From positions 25,342 through 89,341 of the forward strand of contig JAGAAC010000063.1 in the NCBI GenBank assembly GCA_017615475.1: a stretch of DNA of 64,000 nucleotides, read 5' to 3'. How positions within the stretch are numbered: the stretch's first letter is position 1; each line of letters starts with the position of its first letter. The DNA comes from Clostridia bacterium. Its GTDB lineage: Bacteria > Bacillota > Clostridia > Christensenellales > Aristaeellaceae. Shown piece after piece: positions 58,845-64,000 of this stretch. A program made the position numbers and the translations under genes. The notes below the pieces were generated by a model. It saw nothing but the letters and a program-made list of their open reading frames with translations. It was not told the DNA's origin and made no database searches.

Positions 58845-59492
58845 ATGTACGATAATCCGCTATCACCGGAACGGATCAGGGAAACAGCGTTCTTTACCGG
58901 CCACAGATTCCTTCCGTCCGCCGAAACAGAACATATTCAGAAGCGTCTTGCTGACAGCATTACAGACGCATATCAACAAGGTTACAGACGCTTTTTCTGC
59001 GGCTGTGCCCTCGGTTTTGATACTCTCGCCGCCTTGCAGGTGCTTCATTTGAAAAACGAATATCCGGACATGATTCTGTCCCTCGCCATTCCATGTGATA
59101 CCCAGGCGGAAAAATGGCATGAAAAAGACCGGGCAATATACAGAAAAATCATCGAACAGGCAGATGAAAAATACGTTCTTTCCCCGTATTATTATCAGGG
59201 AGTCATGCTCACAAGAAACAGATTTATGGCCGATCGTTCCTCGTTATGTATCTGTTATCTGTATCATATGCGCGGAGGTACAGCTTCCACTGTTCGCTAC
59301 GCGTTGAAACACGATCACATCCGGATCGTTAATCTGGCTTCAGCCCGCGACTATAACGAAGGAATGCTGAGGGAAAAAACATGGAACTATATGTCCACAT
59401 CCCCTTCTGCAAAAGAAAATGCCGGTACTGCTCGTTTGTTTCTTTCACCGAGAAAGCAGCTGAGCATGAAGCATATATCAACCTTCTTCTGA
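58845..59492 (+). CDS. SLOG-superfamily protein (YpsA/DUF1273-like)
   Basis: FTGHR, GCALGFD, Q..W, RNRFMAD, GGTASTVRYA. Confidence 0.8.
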   Translation: MYDNPLSPERIRETAFFTGHRFLPSAETEHIQKRLADSITDAYQQGYRRFFCGCALGFDTLAALQVLHLKNEYPDMILSLAIPCDTQAEKWHEKDRAIYRKIIEQADEKYVLSPYYYQGVMLTRNRFMADRSSLCICYLYHMRGGTASTVRYALKHDHIRIVNLASARDYNEGMLREKTWNYMSTSPSAKENAGTARLFLSPRKQLSMKHISTFF

Positions 59493-60538
59493 AAGAAGCG
59501 GAATTGCGTGCGGAAGAAGCTGACGAAAAGATTACAACCATTTATCTCGGCGGCGGAACGCCTTCTCTTCTTTCGTCCCGCCTGCTGGAAAAGCTGATCA
59601 GGGGCCTGAACAGCATTTTCAATCTGGACAGCGTATCCGAGTTTACCTCTGAGGCCAATCCCGGAACAGTTACGGAAGACTGGCTGGAAAAGGCCGCTGA
59701 ATTAGGTGTAAACCGTATCTCATTCGGAATGCAGGCATCCCAGGATTCACTTCTTTGTATCCTCGGGAGAATTCATCGTCAGGATGAAGTTTTTCATTCC
59801 ATGGAACTGGCCAGGCAGGCCGGTTTCAAGAATATCAATCTGGATCTGATTTTCGGCATACCCACACAGACGGAAGATGACTGGACGCAGACGCTGTTAA
59901 CAGCTCTGTCTCTCCATCCCGAACACATCAGTGCCTACGGTCTGATTCCGGAGGAAGGCACTCCCCTTTTTAATGACCTGCGGATGAACCGTCTGCAGCT
60001 TCCGGATGCAGACATGGAAAGAAACATGTATTCCAAAGCGGTTTCACTGCTTCATTCATACGGTCTGCAGCGTTATGAAATATCAAACTTTGCCAGGCCG
60101 GGCTGTGAATGTATGCATAACATCGGTTACTGGACTCAGGTTCCGTATATAGGAATCGGAATCTCTGCCGCTTCCATGACCGGGTTCCGTTCGCTTCCTG
60201 ACGGCATCAGCTATTCCCGCAGCACCAATCCCTGCAGCTGGGCAGATTACCGCAGCATGATTCTGGGAAAAAAGCTTCCTGTTCCGGAAGTCATATCACC
60301 GAAAGAAGCACGTTTTGAATCCGTTATGCTCGGATTCAGAATGGCGGATGGCATAAATGAAGACACTTTTATGCGTATGCATAAAGTTTCCCTTGAAGAC
60401 TGCTATGGTGAAAAGCTTCATAAGTATTGCGAAAACGGACTGATCATCCAGGAAGGACATCATTGGAGGATGTCCGAACGCGGTTTTGATATCCAGAACA
60501 CGATCCTGTCCGATCTGATGGATGATTCTTTCAATTAA
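59381..60538 (+). CDS. hemW: Radical SAM heme chaperone HemW (HemN-like)
   Basis: YVHIPFC..KC.YC, GGGTPS, EANP, DLIFGIP, YEISNFA, HN..YW. Confidence 0.9.
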   Translation: MELYVHIPFCKRKCRYCSFVSFTEKAAEHEAYINLLLKEAELRAEEADEKITTIYLGGGTPSLLSSRLLEKLIRGLNSIFNLDSVSEFTSEANPGTVTEDWLEKAAELGVNRISFGMQASQDSLLCILGRIHRQDEVFHSMELARQAGFKNINLDLIFGIPTQTEDDWTQTLLTALSLHPEHISAYGLIPEEGTPLFNDLRMNRLQLPDADMERNMYSKAVSLLHSYGLQRYEISNFARPGCECMHNIGYWTQVPYIGIGISAASMTGFRSLPDGISYSRSTNPCSWADYRSMILGKKLPVPEVISPKEARFESVMLGFRMADGINEDTFMRMHKVSLEDCYGEKLHKYCENGLIIQEGHHWRMSERGFDIQNTILSDLMDDSFN

Positions 60539-62540
60539 GGGCCGGTGTATATTCATTTTCCGCAAAAAACTGTTCCGCGTTCTTTCTGATCTGATCAAGA
60601 ACAGGTTTATCGGAAGGATTCCGTGTCATCTGCTGAACACATTTTGATACTTCATCAAGAAGCCGGATATCCGCAAAAAGGAACTGACTTCCAGGTTCTC
60701 CTGACTGACGTGTACCGATAAGGTCTCCTGGTCCCCTGAGTTCAAGGTCCTTCTGAGCAATAACAAATCCGTCATTGGTTGAGCAGAACAGCTTCAGTTT
60801 TTCGGACGGATCCGCAAACAGAAAACACCAGCTTTCATCCCTGCCGCGTCCGACCCTGCCCCTCAGCTGATGAAGCTGGCTTAATCCGTATCGTTCGGCG
60901 TTTTCTATAATCATAATTGTCGCGTTGGGATTGTTTACACCGACCTCAATCACAGTCGTGGATACAAGAACATCAAACATTCCTTCTGCAAAATCATGCA
61001 GTACTTTCTCCTTTTCCGCGGGTTTCTGTGATCCCCAGGTCAGCCCGAGACGAAGGCCTTTCATTTCGTTTTCCTTCAGTCTTTGAAACAGGGCTTTGGC
61101 ACTGTGCAGTTCATTGTTTTCTTCCTCATCATCCTCTACAAGCGGACAGACAATATAGGCCTGTTTTCCTTCCGCGATTCTGCTGCGAAGAAAAGCATAC
61201 ATATCCTGCCTTTTCTGTTCAGGAACCAGTCTCGTTTTCACCGGGATCCGGCCTTCAGGCATCTGATCAATAACGGAAAGATCCAGATCTCCGTACAGGA
61301 TCAGAGCCAGCGTACGCGGAATCGGCGTGGCTGACATAACAAGCACATGAGGCAGCATCCGGTCTGTTTTTCCTTTCATCTGCAGGTTGGAGCGCTGCCT
61401 GACGCCAAAGCGATGCTGTTCGTCTGTAATTGCCAGGCCGAGCTTACCATATTCAACATCCCTGCTGATCAGAGCGTGTGTGCCGAAAACCGCATCACAC
61501 TGATGTTCCTTCAGTTCAGAAAGAATGCGCCTCCGTTCCGAAGCCCTTGTGCTGCCTGTCAATAGGCGGCAGCGGATACCGAAAGGTTCGAGCGTTTTTC
61601 GGGCGTTCTCATAATGTTGTACTGCAAGGATTTCAGTCGGTGCCATCATCGTTGCCTGGTATCCGGCATGACAGGCAAGCCATATGGCTCCGAAAGCCAC
61701 GGCTGTTTTACCGCATCCAACATCACCCTGTACAAGTCTGCTCATGGCGATGTTCCGGCTAAGATCGGAAGCAATATCAAGCAATACCTTCTGCTGTGCT
61801 TCTGTCGGTTTAAAACCCAGTAATTTCCAGTACTCATCAATCCATTCATGATGAATTTCAAATGGAAAACCGGGCTGTTTTTCGGTTCCCGCACATGACA
61901 CATAGACCAGATAGAGCAGAATCCTTTCAAATTCTATTCTTCTTCTGGCTGACTGAAGGGCTGTCAGGCTGTCCGGAAAATGCGCCTGCCTCACGGCATA
62001 GTTCAGTTCGCACAAATGGTTCCTGATCCGGAATTCCGCGGGGAGTGTTTCCGGGCAGCAGTCGTCCAGCAGTTCCAGTGCATTTCGGATCAGCTTCCTG
62101 AAAGATTTGGACGGAAATCCTTTTATGGCACGATATACCGGAACATACCCTTCTTCTGTTCCCGCGATCTGTGGATTCTGAAGAGTTCTTCTGTTGTTGC
62201 GGATAACCAGCCTTCCGTACAGCCTGATTGTCTCTCCCTGATGAATCCTGTCCCTGATCCAGACAGCATTATACCAGCAGACAGGCATTTTCCCCGTTTC
62301 ATCCTCTATGGTCAGCGTCACCTTTTTGAGCGAATGAAAATAGGAAATTTTGGGCTCCTGCAGTACACTTCCTTCAACAAGAACAAAGCCCTCTCTGTGT
62401 GTATTGCATGGAAAAACAGTACTGTGATCCTCATAACGGACAGGCAGGGAAAACAATAAATCGCGCAATGAGAAAACTCCCATTGCGCGTAGTGTTTCAG
62501 CTCTAACAGGTCCGATACCGGCCAGTTCCGTCAGTTCCAT
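60531..62540 (-). CDS. recG: ATP-dependent DNA helicase RecG
   Basis: QGDVGCGKT, MAPTEILA, DEQHRFG, SATPIPRT, QLHQLRGRVGRG, DLELRGPG. Confidence 0.96.
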   Translation of the reverse strand: MELTELAGIGPVRAETLRAMGVFSLRDLLFSLPVRYEDHSTVFPCNTHREGFVLVEGSVLQEPKISYFHSLKKVTLTIEDETGKMPVCWYNAVWIRDRIHQGETIRLYGRLVIRNNRRTLQNPQIAGTEEGYVPVYRAIKGFPSKSFRKLIRNALELLDDCCPETLPAEFRIRNHLCELNYAVRQAHFPDSLTALQSARRRIEFERILLYLVYVSCAGTEKQPGFPFEIHHEWIDEYWKLLGFKPTEAQQKVLLDIASDLSRNIAMSRLVQGDVGCGKTAVAFGAIWLACHAGYQATMMAPTEILAVQHYENARKTLEPFGIRCRLLTGSTRASERRRILSELKEHQCDAVFGTHALISRDVEYGKLGLAITDEQHRFGVRQRSNLQMKGKTDRMLPHVLVMSATPIPRTLALILYGDLDLSVIDQMPEGRIPVKTRLVPEQKRQDMYAFLRSRIAEGKQAYIVCPLVEDDEEENNELHSAKALFQRLKENEMKGLRLGLTWGSQKPAEKEKVLHDFAEGMFDVLVSTTVIEVGVNNPNATIMIIENAERYGLSQLHQLRGRVGRGRDESWCFLFADPSEKLKLFCSTNDGFVIAQKDLELRGPGDLIGTRQSGEPGSQFLFADIRLLDEVSKCVQQMTRNPSDKPVLDQIRKNAEQFFAENEYTPALN

Positions 62541-62543
62541 ATC

Positions 62544-64000
62544 TTACTCCACGGAAATCAGGTAATAGTACAGCGGCTGACCGCCGTTATGATATTCCAC
62601 ATCGCAGTCTTCATACTGCTTTTCGATTTCTTCCGCAATCAGTTTTGCGTCTTCTTCCTTTACGTCCGCACCGTAGTAAACTGTAATCAGTTCATCTTCA
62701 TCCGTGATGATCTCTTTCATCATTTCAAGAACCACATCATGTATGGAATGACCTGAAAATTCAATCTGACCGTTGTGAAGGCCGATGATATCGCCCTGCT
62801 TGATTTCGATTCCGTTATATTCACTGTCACGGATCGCATAGGTAACCATGGCAGTCTTAACATGCTGCGCAGCAGCAATCATACGCTGCATGTTCTCATC
62901 CGGTTCTGTATCGTTCTGGAAGGCAATAGCCGCAGCAATTCCCATGGCCACGTTCTTTGTGGGAATCACGCGGACATCCTTGGAGGAAAGTTCCGCAGCC
63001 TGGTTGGCAGCAAAAATGACATTTCCATTATTGGGCAGGATAAACACGCATTCCGCTTTGACCTGATTGATGGCATTCAGCAAATCGTCCACTGAGGGAT
63101 TCATTGTCTGACCGCCCTCAACAATCTTGTCTACATTCAGGTCATGGAAAAACTGTGAAAAACCGGAACCGAGAGAAACGGCCACAAAACCGTATCTCTT
63201 TTCGGGTTCAGCAGATTCATCAGGTTCTGTTTCCGGCTCTTTCTTTTCTCCTGATTGTTCCAGTTCACGCTTCATGGCTGCCAGATTATCGATTTTGATA
63301 TCTGTTATTTCAGCCAGTTCAATACCGTAATCAAGCGCAAAACCGGGATTATCAGTGTGTACGTGAATCTCCGCACCGTTCAGGTCTCCGTTCACGGAAA
63401 CGGCATCACCGATCCGGTTCAGCCGGCGCCTGAATGAATCCAGGTCGTGTTCGTCACAGTCATCCCGGAAACGAATGAGCTTAAATGATACGCAGTAGGT
63501 ATATGTCAGGTCTTTAGTCAGGTCATGACAGTCATCGGACACAGCCTGTACATCATCTTCCATTAATGTATCAGCTGCGGAGATATCTTCACCCCTGAGT
63601 ACAGCCGCATAACCCTGATAAATCAGCATCAGTCCGCGTCCGCCGGAGTCAACAACGCCGGCCTGTTTAAGTGCCGGAAGCATATCCGGTGTTTTTTTCA
63701 GGATCGCTTCACCGCTTTTCAGAATGACGGAAATCAGCTGATCATAATCATCAGGATTCTTCTGAGCCTGCTTCATGGCGTCTTCTGCCACAACACGCGC
63801 AACGGTAAGAATAGTACCCTCTTTCGGTTTCATAACAGCCTTATAGGCCATTTCAGAACCCTTCATAAGGGCTTCAGCGAACTGTACAGGCGTAATCTTT
63901 TCCACGCCGTTCAAAGCCTTGGCAAATCCACGCAGCAGCTGGCTGGTAATAACGCCTGAATTACCCCGGGCTCCTTTCAGAGCGCCTTTTGCAAGAGCGC
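62544..64000 (-). CDS. DAK2-domain protein (fatty acid kinase FakA/YloV-like), 5'-truncated by window edge
   Basis: GARGNSGVI at the edge, KPKEGTILTV, VVDSGG, HVHT, GGQTMNPS, GGQPLYYYLISVE. Confidence 0.92.
   Translation of the reverse strand, partial: ALAKGALKGARGNSGVITSQLLRGFAKALNGVEKITPVQFAEALMKGSEMAYKAVMKPKEGTILTVARVVAEDAMKQAQKNPDDYDQLISVILKSGEAILKKTPDMLPALKQAGVVDSGGRGLMLIYQGYAAVLRGEDISAADTLMEDDVQAVSDDCHDLTKDLTYTYCVSFKLIRFRDDCDEHDLDSFRRRLNRIGDAVSVNGDLNGAEIHVHTDNPGFALDYGIELAEITDIKIDNLAAMKRELEQSGEKKEPETEPDESAEPEKRYGFVAVSLGSGFSQFFHDLNVDKIVEGGQTMNPSVDDLLNAINQVKAECVFILPNNGNVIFAANQAAELSSKDVRVIPTKNVAMGIAAAIAFQNDTEPDENMQRMIAAAQHVKTAMVTYAIRDSEYNGIEIKQGDIIGLHNGQIEFSGHSIHDVVLEMMKEIITDEDELITVYYGADVKEEDAKLIAEEIEKQYEDCDVEYHNGGQPLYYYLISVE

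Noticed and set aside
1-64000. CRISPR arrays, rRNA, tRNA, IS elements, toxin-antitoxin or defence islands
   Set aside because: None recognised; intergenic gaps are short and accounted for by promoters, terminators and leaders

Overview
A 64-kb, gene-dense, moderately GC-rich window of core chromosome from an anaerobic Firmicute (Clostridia-like gene order; the exact taxon cannot be fixed from the sequence alone). It is mostly housekeeping: rplS, rbgA-rnhB-yraN-(large glycosyltransferase)-comM-dprA-topA-trmFO-hslVU, proC, rnhA, phoH-pgpH-ybeY/cdd-era, der-plsY-lepA-hemW, recG and a DAK2/FakA gene, plus sugar-use genes (MsmK-type ATPase, ROK and FGGY kinases, HPrK, GH3). I saw no rRNA, tRNA, CRISPR array, IS element or prophage. 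The most unusual element is a T-box-controlled two-gene operon at 48.3-52.6 kb. It encodes a LeuA homologue that has lost its catalytic and metal-binding motifs but kept the leucine-binding regulatory domain, translationally coupled to a TIM-barrel/acyl-CoA-synthetase fusion. Other notable items are an XerS-like recombinase with a difSL-like 11-6-11 site just upstream (candidate chromosome terminus), a YbeY-cytidine deaminase fusion, a 1371-aa double GT-C glycosyltransferase, a degenerate stand-alone MreB and a pseudo-receiver protein paired with an SPFH protein. All product calls come from motif recognition by eye, not from database searches.
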